From Camelus ferus (lineage: Eukaryota), in NCBI RefSeq assembly GCF_009834535.1, contig NC_045697.1, positions 16,556,001-16,620,000 on the forward strand: a stretch of DNA of 64,000 nucleotides, given 5' to 3'. The position numbers and the translations under genes are program-made. The notes beneath the pieces were generated by a model. It was not told the DNA's origin. It searched no databases and saw nothing but the letters and a program-made list of their open reading frames with translations. Numbering within the stretch: position 1 is the stretch's first letter; every line of letters starts with the position of its first letter. Of the stretch, positions 39,006 to 52,859 are shown one piece after another.

Positions 39006-40569
39006 AGATCTAAGCAAGATTTTTGACTTTTGACTTTTTGGACTTCTAATAGTCTAACTGGAGAATTGTTTGGACAGCATATGCAGGAAAGATGTTAAAA
39101 ATGGAGTCCCTTTAGAAAATTGAGTACATAATCACCAATATAAAATCCAGCTTTGACTAAGTTTTTAAAAAACTGTTACTTAATCTGCTTTGGAGCCAAT
39201 GAAATACGTAAACTGAAGATGTTCGTTGGAGTGGAAGACTATCTCTCACTGAAGAATGTTGGTTGTATTTTTTTTATGATTCATGCTTGGTTTATATTTT
39301 AACATAATCTCCTTGGAGAGAAAGCATGGCCCTTTGTGGTGGGATGATGACTAGGCAGGGAGATATGAGACATGACTTTTAATCCTCAGTCTGTCACCAA
39401 GGATTGTCTGACCTTTGTCTTGTCGCCTATCTGGACATGTGCAGCCGTACCTCTGAAACAATCTTTCAGTTTCCTCTCATTTCTAAGAATCTGTTTTCTG
39501 TGCTACTGATTGTGTTTTTTGTTTTATGATTAGGCTCTGAGAAAGTTACGAAAATCCCCATACAAGTAAACAGACAATCATAATAATGACAAAAACAAAA
39601 ATTAGAATCCACAACTTCATTTTTTTTCCATCTAGCAAGTCTGTAGTTATTCCAGTATTGTCTACAGGTATCTGATTTTATGGGAGTGCCATATTTAAGC
39701 ATTCATTATCAACTCATGCAATCAGACTTAAGTGCACCTAAGTACACCATCTGTCTTTTTCTTTCTTATATATTCCTCTGTAGTCACACACAGATATCTG
39801 CTATTCTAGTAGTGTCTGGAGCCTATTACAGCTGCACCAGTTACAGTGCAATCAGCAGAGGAGGCATCCCCTTTCCAAGTCCTGATTTTCAGAATTTAAT
39901 AGCACCAACGTTTATAATGGCTTTACCCTTAATGTGATACATTCACGCTTTTCTACACAGGTGTGTGTGTGTGTGTGTGTGTGTTTCCCCAAATCTCCAA
40001 AGGCAAAGTCTGTCTTTGGGGGAACAGTTCAAAGCTTGCACCTATTATTAAAAAGGCAAAGCATGACATAAAATGTTTTGCAAATCCAGGAGTTTTCTGG
40101 TCAAGCTGTATAGTCATGCAAACCATTTCAAGACTACAATGCAGGCAGAGAATGGCTGGAAGGCAGCTGGCGGTTCCATCACTGTAGTCCCTGGGGCGAG
40201 AGCCTCGTCCTTTTGACTGGTTTCTACTGTCCTGTTACTCAAAGTGTGCCTGATCTTGGACCAAAGAGGCATCAGTTCATTCTCTGCAAAGCAAACTGGA
40301 ACACACCTTTTCAACATATCAGTGATGCCTTGACGGCAATGGGACCAGCGGTACAGAGCAGGGGCGCTCAGGGGTAGGTCTTACATTTTGGCAACATAAG
40401 CATGTAAATGAATAGGACACAGGCTAAGGACTGAGGTCTCGTGGAAATCAAATAAGATCCTTAGGTTGCATTCTGGAAAAATCACCACACATTCCTGAAA
40501 TAAAATTCCCCTAAGGATGCTGACTCTTGACTTTCATTCCTTGTACCATGTATGATCTGGTGAGATAGA

Positions 40570-41040
40570 AATAGCTGTAGTAAAACAGAAGAATTGGCTT
40601 TTGAAATCACTCAGCCTTCATTTTAGGTCCCACCCTTGCCACTGACTAATTGTGCAGTTTTAAGCTGGTTGTTTAACCCTCGTTAGCCTTGGCTGCTCTA
40701 GCTGGAATGAGAATAATAATACCATTGTCCATAGCTGTTGTGAAGATGGAGACAAAACAGAGTATGCCAAAAGTATGATGAGCACTGCGTAAACGAGAGA
40801 AGAAAAATAGTTCTATAAGGCATTACTATGTGCCAGACTCTACTCAAGTAACTCCCATTTCATTATCTCAGTGAAACTTCACAACAACCAAGAGGTAAAT
40901 ACTATTAGCAACTCCATGATAGATGGGAGATTTACAGAGAGGTTAAGTTACCTGAATACACATTCAGCTGGTTCTTGATAGAATCAATAACTGAACCCAA
41001 GAAGAACTGATTCCCTAGCCCACACTCTCACCTATTACTC
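40570..41040. mobile_element. Two MIR SINEs in opposite orientation (plus ~40570-40790, minus ~40810-41040)
   Basis: ggcttttgaaatcac...ccttgccactgactaattgtgc, followed by cattactatgtgccagac...cagagaggttaagttacctgaa. Confidence 0.75.
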
Positions 41041-42065
41041 TGTACTTCCTTGAAGAAAGCCAAGCAGCTAGCTAGCTGGCCACCCAGCTTGCCCAGTGCA
41101 CAAGTATGCTGGAAAATATAGTTTACTACACCTACCTGTCTACAGCTCCACACTGCCTGTCTTGGTCACAACTGGTTGAGCTACTGAATGACCTGGCTTA
41201 AAAATTGTCCATCCAGAAATAGGCCAGCAAGGGATGACCTGGCCAAATGCAAAAAAATGGGACAAATAAGATTTTCTCGTTAAGGAATTTGAATGAAAAA
41301 AATGCAGAGAGAATTTATCCTTAAGTAATGAAAATAGGAGTTGAAACAAGAAAGAGGCCAGGGTAGCTGAAGTTTGTAATGGTAATATCAGTTTTAGTAG
41401 CCCACATTGGCTGCACCGTGATACTTTTAAGTACCAAAGCACTGGTGGTCTTTTTCTTCAAAGCTATCATTATGTCATGATTTTTTTTAAAAATCTGGAA
41501 TCTGAATCATATAAAACTTTAGGAGGTGCACAAAGAGATTAATGGAACCAAGTGGACCCCTGAAAGTGTTCCAACAGTATTTCCCCCTTGTTTAAAATTC
41601 TTTACTGGTACTTTGTTGATGTTTTCAATTCTTCTTTCCAAGGTGATTATATCGCAGGAGGACCAATTTGGGTTCATGGTTACTTTCAGAGCTCCTGATA
41701 GGATTGGCTGAAAGTGGTAGCAGGTACCTTAAGGAGAATAGTTGGAAGGTGAGTTAAGGGGATTGGGAGAGAAGAGGACAGTGAAAAGGTGGGGAGGGTC
41801 CCCCAGGCCCGGGTTCCAGCTGCCTACCCAGAGCCTGATTGTCTCCTCTTGCACGTAGGTCCCTCTTTTTCCTGTTCCTTTATCCTCATAAGACCAAATT
41901 CATTTCTTAAGATCTCATCACTGCCATCCCTCCAGCACCATGAATACTACTATTTCTCTTAACAGGGGCTGTATTTCCAAATCATCTGCCCTGGGCATGC
42001 TCTAGCCAAAAGGTCTGAATAACTCAGTCTTCTCTCAAGTGGAATGGAATCTGACATACAATATA

Positions 42066-42597
42066 GAGCCATATTCCTCAATACAATAGCTTCCAACTGC
42101 ACATGGCTACTGAACACTTGAAATGTGGCTAGTCTAAATTGAGATCTACCATAAGTGTAGGTAGGACATGCTGGATTTCAAAAACTTATTACAAATGAAA
42201 GAATGCAAAATACCTCACTATCTTTGTATTGATTATCTGTTGAAAAAATATTTTGGAATATCTGTTTAAATAAAATACAATATTGATACTAATTTCATTA
42301 ATTTCTTTTTATTTTTTATTGAAGTAGAGTTGATTTACAATGTTGTGTTAATTGCTGGTGTACAGCAAGGTGATTCTGTTATACACATATATATTCTTTT
42401 TCATTATAGGTTATTGCAAGCTATTGAATATAGATCTCTGTGCTATACGGTAGGACCCTGTTGTTTATCTATTTTGTATATAATAGCTTGTATCTGCTAA
42501 TCGTAGACTTCTAATCTTTTTACTTTTTTAATGCAGCTCCTAGAAAATGTATAATTCTATATGTGGCTTGCATTATATTTATGTTGGGTTGGACTGG
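42066..42597 (-). mobile_element. MER33 hAT-Charlie element split by an L1 3' fragment
   Basis: cacatggctactgaacacttgaaatgtggctagtctaaattgagat... and ...ctagaaaatgtataattctatatgtggcttgcattatattt match reverse-oriented MER33. Confidence 0.85.
42311..42514 (-). mobile_element. Short L1 3' end (same type as the L1 tail at ~16.2-16.4 kb)
   Basis: ttattgaagtagagttgatttacaatgttgtgtta...tgtgctatacggtaggaccctgttgtttatctatttt is the reverse complement of that 3' UTR type. Confidence 0.9.
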
Positions 42598-43019
42598 TGT
42601 AGAAGTTGACAGCAATCATATTTCACTTTAAAAAAATGGAAATAATACTGGTGTTAATACAGGTATTTTGAAATTACAGGGAATAAGTATCAAAATGCTA
42701 TTGTGGCCATTTTGCTTTACAGCAATCTCTAACTGTGAGGTATTAGATGCCAATCAAAATTATGAGAAGTGAGTCAGCAGAAGCTCTGAAAAAGGGAAAA
42801 TATATAGAACAAGCAGAGAGCCGGGAGCCCTACGCTGCATAAAGACTGGATGACAGAGTGGAAACGAACTGAGAAGAGGACCGTGACAGGTAATACTGCC
42901 TCCCAAGCAGAGGGAAGATGCCCCAACCCCAGTTCTTGAGGTCCTTACTGGCATCTGGACCATCCTTCAGTTTCCGTTCTTTCTGAGGCTATGTGTGGGT
43001 AGCTTCACTGAAAACCTCT

Positions 43020-43610
43020 GGGAAGCACACATTCCTTGCCTTTATTAAGTACCTTCAATATACAAAGTCCCTTTCTCTTGCTTGGGGACACAATAGAGAA
43101 CAAACCAGGCATGTCTTTGCTTGCATTTTGAGGAAAAGAAACTCATATTATAGAAGTAGGCAGTATTTAATAACAGTGAAACAATAACTAAGCAAGAAAC
43201 ATTGAAGTAGTGAGAAGATAGCGAAAGACTAGAAAACAGGTTGATGCCACAGAAGGTTTGTGTCAGGAGATGGCTTCTCCTTATTCGGAAAGTGACAGTT
43301 GAGCTGAGACATGGAAAGTGAGAAAGAGCTAGTCATGCAAAAAGCTTAGAGAAGGGAGAGAAACGGGAGAACATTCCAGGCAGAAGGAGCAGCAGGTGCG
43401 ATGTCCCAAAGGCAGAAAGATTTTTAGTTTGTTGGAGAAACTGTGGTTGTGATTGGAGGGAGAGTGGTATGAGATAAGACGAAAGAGTCAGACAAGGGAC
43501 CAGTCCATGTGCACAATTTGGGTTTTATTCTGAATGCACTGGAAAGCCATGGAAGCGTTTCCAGCTGTGGAATGACATGGCCAACTAGGAACCCACTGCA
43601 GTGGTCCGAG
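43020..43610 (-). mobile_element. L2 fragment
   Basis: gtgacagttgagctgagacatgga...gagaacattccaggcagaaggagcagcaggtgc...tttgggttttattctgaatgcactggaaagccatggaag. Confidence 0.8.
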
Positions 43611-46600
43611 ACGCAATAGAAGCTTCGTTTTGAATCATCCCTGGTACTTGCGAATCAACAGAATGTAGGATTGTGTCATTTATATGAAACTTACTGAATT
43701 TGTCAAGAAATAATAATATTCAGCTAGTTTTTAAATGTTCAGTGCTATTTTCATCAATTGCAAAAGTTATATATGCTCTTTGAAATAAATTTTGAAAATA
43801 TCAATAAGCACAAAAAAGTCATATTTCTGCCACCCTCTGGACATGATTGACATTTTACCATGTATTGTTCCATACATTTGTAACATTGAGGTGTTTATGT
43901 GTAGATACTTTTCAGAAACTTTTTTTTTTTACTTACACTGGAGATATATTTTTATACCATTAAATATTCTCCTACAGAATCATTGGCTGCATGGCAATTT
44001 ATGTGTATGGATGTTAGAGAATTGATCTGATACACTACACTTAGGGATTTAATTAGCTTCAAATTTATTATTAGTGTTATTAGTATTTTAATTATATAAT
44101 AAAATGTGATTATTGTCACCTTTATAAATAAATATTTGTGTTTACCCTTAATTATTTCCAAATGATGAATTCCAAATCACTTAATTACATCCTAATTTAA
44201 ACTATTTCCCCATTTTCAATGTATAACATACCTGGTACTGTGTCCTTATACCAGTTTCCCAGAACTTTTAGGCATAATGGGTATGATAATTTTATAATTC
44301 TTTGACTATTTAAAAGACAGTTAATGATATATCACTGTTATTTAAAGTACATATTTTAAATTTATACTTCTGTCTAGTAAGGTTGAATTTTTTTTTTTTG
44401 AATTGGTCATTTACCTGTAGTCTCTTAAAATTATTTATTAATAATTTTGTTATGGAGGTCCTCATCCAGCATGGCCTTAAAATGAATAAAAGGATAGAGA
44501 AATTGTTGAGATGTTATTTCTGAAATGAAGTTAAATCAGGAAAAAGAGTCTATTGAGTAACAGCCCAGCTAATGCCAAGTAATCCCTGCCAAAGTGATAA
44601 CACTAGACGCCGAAAAAATTCCAAGAGGCTCACCTACAAGAAAATCGCTCAACACAAATTTTCCTTCTATTCAATAATAGCTGCTGAGAATACGCTCAGA
44701 AGTTTCTGAGGATTCCGAAATACTATGTAGATCATGTTTTACATCTCTTTTTTTACAGGAGGATCCACTTATGGTCTACTCAACTTGTCCAAGGTTCTGA
44801 TCTCCCTGGAAAACAGCTCAAAGTGAAATGTTGTTAAGTTGGAGAAAGAAAGTAACTAGTGAGAAGAAGATGTATACCCTACCAGCAGAAAAACCTGATC
44901 GGTGCTGTTTAGAGGTGAGAGTTTGATATTGATTATTTTCCTAACTAAACAAATGACCCCAAGAAACTTTCTAGAAATTTCTTTATGAGTCAGAGTTTGG
45001 AACCCTATCTTGTTTCTTGGCCACTTAGTATTTCTCACATAAAACGAATCATTTCATCTAAGAGGCCACATGTGGGAACTTTAAGCTCCAAAAAAAGGAT
45101 GTTTCCTTCACCTGAGTGCACACATTACTCCACTGAAGAGTTTCACAACTGATCGCTGACAAGACTTCGCAGAGCTCAGCTGAAAGGTTAGGAGATCAAG
45201 GGTCTAAAGACCTGGATTCTTATCCTGGCTTCTTCAGATTCTGACTTGCCTCCTTGAGGGGAGACACTTAAACAAAGCCTCAGTTCATTTTTGCATAAAT
45301 TATATTTATTATGTAAAGTAAGTTAAGATGCATTAATTTACTATCAAATGCTGAAGTTTTATACAAACACAGGAAGTTACTGGAGCTGGAGTCACAAATG
45401 CAAACACCTTCAAGGGGTGGGTTGTTGTCCGTGTGCAGTGGGTCCTTTGAGCCTGTGGGTTCTGTTCCAGTTCCTCAGGATTGCTGTCATCGTGCCAATA
45501 AGAACGTGGTGTTGTCTGATATTTCCTTTCTTCTTTTTTCAAAAGAAAAATTTTTAATCCCAATTTGTGTTGTGAAATGTCTCTAAGTATTGACAGCTGG
45601 TTAAAATATATTTCAAAAATAAATTTGTTGGCCAATCAAATCATACTGGCTACACATTCTACAGACTGTTTTATTGTCTCCAATTTTTGTGGTTGCTTAC
45701 ACCTCTCAAACTTCCATGTTAGCATCTTTAGTTAAGAGTATTTATTGTACTGAGTGTATCAAATGTAGTCCAATCTTGTAGTAACCAATTATTTGTAATT
45801 ATTTCCACGATAAGGGTTTTTCTCTTCAGGTGGCCAATTACTTCCTATCAAATTATCACTGAAAACCATTATTTTCATTTCCATTTGTAGACATCTCAAG
45901 ACTTTATTTTCCATTTGGTACAAGTAAATGAAAAGGAAATAATAACAGCCAATGCAATTATGACTGTGATCTTATCTGTCTGGATTGATTAGAAGTCCTT
46001 ACTCTAATCATGCAAACTCTTTATTAATGTTAAGTTTATTAAAACCTAGGCTCAGATTTAGTTTTTTCTTGAAGGATTTCATTTATTTTATCTTCTTATT
46101 TTACAAGATGGCAGGGAGTGCAGGCTAGGGAAACCAAAGGAAAGCCTGGTTACCAGAGGGACCCAGTCTTTCCTGTCATTTGGCTTCACCACACTGATCT
46201 CCATTAAAACCCCTTCTCCATTTATCAAAACTCTGTCTCTGGTGAATTACAGTGAATTACAGTGGAGTGTTGCTAATTCATACTAATGACTGGAATACCC
46301 AGGGCAGATTATTGAATTCTGAATATTAGCAAGTGAGCAAAAAGGGGGGGGCGGGGGTGGATGACAATAATTTCAGGCTACTGCATCACAAAAGTGTCCT
46401 TTGTTCATTTGTTTTCTTAATTATAAACTAGTTTTTAATTAATTACCTTAATGTTTCAGTGATACTAGCACAAATTGTGCATAGAGCTTTCCAACATTAA
46501 ATATTAGCTAAAAATTAGGTGCAAGTTTATTTGGCAGTGAGTTGAAATAAAGCATTGGCAGAAGAGTGAGGTGAAATTTAGATTGGTACTAAATTCACTA

Positions 46601-47694
46601 AATTTCCACTTAATGTAATATTCTTTTTTTTTTTCAGCCTTGGCATCAGTAGTTGGTATTAAATATGCTTTCTGACTCCACCAGTGCCCTAGGGAAGGGC
46701 TGTCCACTGTTGAACACGTACTTGCTGTAAAGAAATGGCAGCGGGACATTCACAAGGACTTGGCCTGGTTGCGGCTGCTCCTGCTTGGTATTCCCAGGAG
46801 CGGCCCAGGATGGAAGCCACTCCCTCCCTTCTCTGTTTTTCAAGAAGAAGAAAAATTGGGTAGAATGTAGCAAAAACTACAATTAATTTCTCTTTAAGGT
46901 TAAGCATCGGAGGGCTCCTTATGTTATAGGTGATGAAAATGCAGTTCAGAGAGAGACAGAGAACAAGGTCCCATTAGAGAGGATTCAGTTTTATGTTCTT
47001 TTCAATATACCTCCTTGGATGCTGGAAGATGCCTCACACTCCTTCTCACATTTTCTTATTTATTTGTTATGGATTCTTTTAATATATAGGCTGTAAGACA
47101 GCATAGACCAGGGCTTGAATTTGTTTTCTGCTCACACTGTGCCCACGCCACCTAGAAGAGCTCTCTAGCAAATTGTAATCACTCAGTACACATGCATTAA
47201 ATGACTGAATGCCTACATTATACAGTATAGAGTCCTAGGATCTAAGGATACAGAGCTGGAGACCTTTCCTTTAGAGAGCTCACATTCTTGAGAGGGGAAA
47301 AAAAAAATATGCAAATCAATACAGTAGAATGTTAAACCCAGACGGCCATGAAAGCATAGAGTGGGTGAAACAAAGTAGGCTTAAGATAGTCAGGTCATGC
47401 AAGGCCTCCAGAGGGAAATGGCACTGGAGAATGAGGAAGAGTCAGTCAGATGGAGAAGGGTGGAAAACTGTTTAGGGTGCTTCACTCAGTTCATTGTTGA
47501 GAGGGGATAGAAAAGAAACAAGAAGGTAGACAGGAAAGAGTTTATAAAGAATGTTGTATGCCAGGTGAGCTGCCTAAATTCCTCTTGGTTGCCATCAGGA
47601 GCAGTTTCACAGACGGACCAACGGGGACAAGACTAGAAGCAAGAAGCCCAGTGCGGAGACTTGCAATAGCCCAGCTGAGAACCAAAAAATGCCG

Positions 47695-48722
47695 TATGGG
47701 ATCAGTGGTTGCTACTCTGAACATATTTCTTCCCCTCCTCATATGTAGGATTTCTGGAAAACTACCCTTCCCCAAATCTGAGCCTGCGGTTTGCGTGAGA
47801 TGACTTCATCCTCAGCTCCAAGGGTGACTTTTAATTAACTTCAGCTAAACAGCAAGACCCATTCACTTGGCCACAGCCATTGGACTGGGACGAGGCATGT
47901 GAGTCAAGTGAAGTAAATGGGGCCAGCAACTATCTGCACTGGGCTTTTGGAAGAGAATCACCTCTGCTTTTTGGGGAGAAATGGTTGAGAATATATTGTT
48001 CTGACTTACAATGGTTTGGCTTATAATTTTTTGACTTGAGATGGTGTGGAAGTGATATACATTCAATAGGAACCTGGAGAATTTTGAGTTTTGGGTTTTG
48101 ATCTTTTCCCCACCTTGTGATGTGTGGTACAATCCTCTCTCATGATGCTGGGCAGTTGCAGCTCCCAGTTAGCCATGTGACCACGGGAACCACCAACCAA
48201 TATACTTACAACCATTCTGTACCCAGACAACCATTCTATTTTCCACATCTAGTACAGCATTCAATAAATTACATGAGATATTGCACACTTTATTATGAAA
48301 TGGGCTTTGTGCTACACAATTTTGCTCAACTGGAAGATAATGTAAGCACATTTAAGGTAGGTAGGCTAAGATACCATGCTTGCTAAGTTAGTTGTATTAA
48401 ATGCATTTTCAATTTATGATATGGGGACATAACCCCACCGTAAGTCAAGGATGATCTGTGGTACTCTGTCTTCCAGAACTAGGAAATGCAGCCTGGACAC
48501 CATTGGTCACCAAATTGTGAACAGAAAGAAAATTAACTTTTAGATTAAGCCAACACTACAGAAAACAAACATGGAGAAGCAAATGTACCAAACTTCACTT
48601 TAAGTCTACTCTAACTTGAGGTCATAGAGTTATAGAGAATTATGAATTTTTAAAATCATCTATAATCTTTAAATGGGTTTTCCTATAACTTGGACTTTCC
48701 TGTTCCTGGAAGTATCTTAACT
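47695..48722 (+). mobile_element. Old MaLR LTR (MLT1J/K-like) split by a Tigger-derived element
   Basis: cctcagctccaagggtgac...cacttggccacagccattggactgggacgaggcatgtga..., resuming after 48460 with gcagcctggacaccattggtcacc...aaatgggttttcctataacttg. Confidence 0.55.
47992..48458 (-). mobile_element. MER47-type TcMar-Tigger element
   Basis: Minus strand starts CAGATCATCCTTGACTTACGGTGGGGTTATGTCCCC...AAATGCATTTAATACAACTAAC...CTTAGCCTACCTACCTTAAA. The other end carries the inverted gacttacaatgg. Confidence 0.85.
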
Positions 48723-50199
48723 GCTGAAAACCTGTCTGTGGCAGTGACAGTCTGGATAAAGGTAGATGACCTCTCCTAGTCTCTTGGTTTTTACAATTCC
48801 CTCTCACCCTTAGTTTATTAAGAAAATATCAAGCGTACAATCAGCCAGCTGACGACTGAAGAAAAATGACAAAAACATCACAAGAGTCAGTTGACTCCTC
48901 CACAGTGCCCTGACAGCTTTTCTCCCTTCCTCTCTGTTGCCTGCCTGTCTTTGGCTGCCAAGAATTTGCTGTTTGCTTCTCACTTCCCTCATCCAATCCA
49001 CACTGAGAAGATAACGTGCCCAGCCAGCTCGAGAACGGAAAGCGACTGTCGGCACACATTTCTCCGTGAACGAAAATAACCTACGCGTGCGGAGTGGCCT
49101 CTGCTCTCCAGGGCTGAGACTGTGCTGGGTTGGGTGGGGAATTCTTCAGCCTTCTGGTCCTGGGATTTCAGCTAATGGCTTTGGGGTTTTGCACAAGCCA
49201 CATGCTCCTGGCTTTAATGTTGCCACTGTGGATGAGAACTTGTCATGTTGTATAATATTACACAGTTACTCCAAAGCAGCTTTCTGGCTAAGTGACAGCC
49301 TTTGACATGTCTCTAATATTGACAGTAGTGGTGACTTTCAAGTTTTCTATTTATTTCAGGTAGAAATGGAGCAGAGAGTTTTAAACAAAATAAACACGTG
49401 CCAAGGAAACTTGTGGTTTAGTAAAAATACTGAGGGAGTCTGAATACTTGCTCTATTTCCTAGCCATGGACTGTTGCACAAGTTCAGAGACTGAGCATCT
49501 GCCTGAAGAATGGAAATGGTGATAATGTCCACCTTGAAGCATCAAAACCACGTTACCCAATGTGTCTAAGTGTCATGTGTGATGCCCAGTTCACCACAGA
49601 CAGTAATGGTACAGCTTTTACTTGGGACTCCTGCTGTGCCCATAACCTTCTCTAAGTAAACAGCTACAGTCTAGCACTTAACTCTGAGAACCCCTAGGCA
49701 AGGTTGGTTTTGCCGTAAGGATGATTGGTTCTACCCGGACCACAGATGATTATACCATTTGTAGCCAAGCCCAACACAGGTGACCTATGAGGTGGCCAAG
49801 AAATTATAACCTGACAGATGCCTAAATATGAACCACATCTAAGAGTCTGATGGACTCTTGTTTGAATTATAAAAAAATCAGAGTGTTAGTAGCAAGGCTT
49901 GAAACTGAAAGGATTTACAGAGAGAAGCCATGATGTTAGGACAAAGGCATGAATCGTCACTGAGGTTATGACAAAGGAGAGAGTAAGCAAACTGGTGAAG
50001 TTCAGATAGGTACATAGACAGGCAGAATCAGTGAGTTTACTGTGAGGGAGACAACAGACCTAGAGAGAAGCAGACACATGAAGAGGAGCTAGGTTACATA
50101 AATGGCAAAGCATAAGTCAGATCAATGAACCTGTCTACTCGGGACCGGGCGACTTCCAGTAGATCATCTAGAGACAGGAAGGTCCCGGAGGAGACTGGA

Positions 50200-50450
50200 T
50201 GGTGGAATTGTTAATGATACAGCTCTGGAGCCGGAAGAGCTAGGCTCAAGTCTTGTCTCTGTCACTTGCCAGCTGTGGGGATTTAAGCAAGTTACTCAAC
50301 CTCTTTATTGTCTTGCTTCTTCATCTGTAAAATGGGGATACAGTGGGACCCACTATTAGAGCTATAATGCAAAATAAATAAGTGAAGGCATGTGAAGGCT
50401 TAGTACACTACTAGCATATAGTTATTTTCTGATAAGTAAATATTAGGCAT
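50200..50450 (+). mobile_element. MIR SINE
   Basis: gctctggagccggaagagctaggctcaagtcttgtctctgtcacttgccagctgtg...cttcatctgtaaaatgggga. Confidence 0.85.
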
Positions 50451-50936
50451 TATTAGCTATTATCAACTATGTCTCAGCTGCTATAAAACTGACATATTTA
50501 GCAGCCCCTTAGTTCCAATATAACTCCTATTTCCCTATGTAAAAATGTGTCTTGTAATTAATAACACTGTCAATTAAAAGAGCCTACCTAAACATCTATT
50601 ATCATTTTTATTTGAAGAATAAAGTTAAAAAAATAAGAGGCATAAAAAGGAGATAAAATGTTAAACACAACAGTAATGCTTGCCATTTTTTGTATCCTAA
50701 CAATTTTTTGTGTGATTAATTCATTCATTTATACATTTGTTTATTCAATTTTCAAAGATGTGTAAAGCAAAGTGAGCCCATCTATCTGTGGAGATTTAAG
50801 ATCTTGCAGCATTAAGCAAATATGGAAGAAGAATCATTTTTAAGCTGACATGTGAAGAGGAAAAATCTGTTTGCTCCCTCACATCATTCAGATAGTGACT
50901 CGAAGTCGTCTTTTGGGTGAGTTCTTGTCTGCCTAA

Positions 50937-51320
50937 TGTTATTAGTCAGGATAAGGTAGGTAATATGCTGGTAAATCAAAAAATTAATACTCATGGCTTG
51001 ACACAACAAATATATATTTCTTGCTCATATTATGTGTCCAAAGTGGGTTAGTCAGGCAACCTGTATTTCACACAATTGCTGAGGTGGATGAAGAACTCTG
51101 TCATCTTTTATTGGCATTATCTGAAGCATGAGGCTTCACGGCCTCGGTGGCAGAGGAAGAATGGCCATAAAGAACATACAGCTCCTCTCTAGTTCCCTCC
51201 GTGGAAAAGACCACATCACTTTTACTACTAACCAATTGGCCCAAACTATGACATGACCCCATCCAACTGCAAGGGGCTCGAAAGTCTTCCCAGATACCAG
51301 GGAGCACAGAGAACTAGTAA
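50937..51320 (-). mobile_element. MaLR LTR (MLT1J-like)
   Basis: tgttattagtcaggataaggtaggt...atggcttgacacaacaaa...atttcttgctcat...ccaattggcccaaactatgacatgacccca. Confidence 0.75.
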
Positions 51321-52626
51321 TCTGTACCTGAGACCATCTCATTTCAATTGTAGCTCTAACCTGAAGATAAAAAAAATTGGCCCAATGTTTATATGCTTGC
51401 AAGACCCTTCCAAGGTAAGAATTATTATATTCCTGGGAAACAAAAACTGAAGCTCAGGAAAGTAAGCTAACTTTCCTAAGGTCGCATAGTTAGCAAATTG
51501 AAGAGCTAAAAGTCAACCTGATATTAGACATTTCCCACTTTTCCAGAGAAGGGGTACTGGTCCAGATGATTCAAGCCAACTTACAGCTGTAGGGAAATAG
51601 ACCCATGAGATCACTGTTACATGGCCAACTAAGAATAATATGGACATTGTCAGTTAGATGTCCATCAGTTTAGCCACCTCCCTATAGTAATGCCTGAGAG
51701 GTTCAACATGGCCAACATATGTTCCAAGTCTTACTGACTCATACATATATGCCTTGATACACCCTAAGTAGAGCTAAAAGCTTAAAATTGAAACTCAGAA
51801 GCCTGATACCATATTAGTTGTTTGAACTCAGTAAGATAAACCACTTTAAAAAATAGGGAAAAACTGAAAATCACCCACAATTGGCATGAATACTAAGGAG
51901 AGAAACACAAAGCTACAAAACAAAAGGGAGGCAATTTCACATTGGGACCATTCAACACTCAAAAGGAAATACTGGCATCCTTTTGTAAACTTTCCAGAAG
52001 TCATAATTCAGAGACAAAATCCAACATTGAGATCTGGAGACCACAGTGGGAATGACCTTTGATATTTTGGTCTGCCTCATATGTGAAACACTTCTCAATG
52101 TTTGAAGAGCTCCCTGTGAAACAGCTCTTGAAAGGAGACAACTTAACTGCAAAGAAATGATAAAAAGCAAAAGTCAAGTATCACTTTCCCAAGCCATTTT
52201 CATGGATGTGTGACCTATGCTCAGTCCATAGGTGGTACTTGCTAAGGACGTTTACCAGGAAGCAGTAAAACTAAAATACGCAACATAGGGGAGTTTATTC
52301 AAGTAGAGACTGTAAGGGGGAAGGAACATTCAGCTTCACGCATCCAGGGTCAGACATGGCATTCAGGGTTCAATGCTAGTGACAGCTATGTCCTTGTGAG
52401 TAATGCATGGTCTCAAAGTGAAATTTCCTGCTGCTATCCTGACCATTTCCTGAGTTTTATTTTGCAATATTTATTTTATTAAATGCCTCTTCTAATTCAA
52501 TCCAACATTTCTGTTGCTTACAATTAGGAACATTGAGTATTATAACACTCAAACATTAATTACCAAGTGGGTCTAACAAGGAGGTGACACAGTAAAATCT
52601 ATGAAAGATAATGATGGTAGACAGAT

Positions 52627-52678
<52 letters not shown>
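52627..52678. repeat. (GATA)13 tetranucleotide microsatellite
   Basis: Directly visible, perfect array. Confidence 0.95.
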
Positions 52679-52679
<1 letters not shown>

Positions 52680-52859
52680 GGGCTAATATTTATTGAATGA
52701 TTACTATGGACTATGAAATTTCCTAAACACTTTAAATATATTATACAATTTAATTATCATATCCACTTGTGCTGAGCACTTTTATTGCCCCGTCAGATGA
52801 GTAAAATAACAGAGTTTAAGCAAAATGCTGAAGGCCACAGAGCCAGTATGGTAGATTAG

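Noticed and set aside
38917..39010. Minus-strand exon-like segment (ttag|ATCTGATG...GAG|gtaatc)
   Set aside because: Stops occur in all frames, the acceptor is weak, and there are no partner exons.
47080..47300. Tail-to-tail L2 pair as a miR-28/151/708/95-type hairpin (similar pairs near 23760, 36500 and 58900)
   Set aside because: The arms are too diverged or too far apart for a pre-miRNA stem, and no mature miRNA sequence is recognisable.
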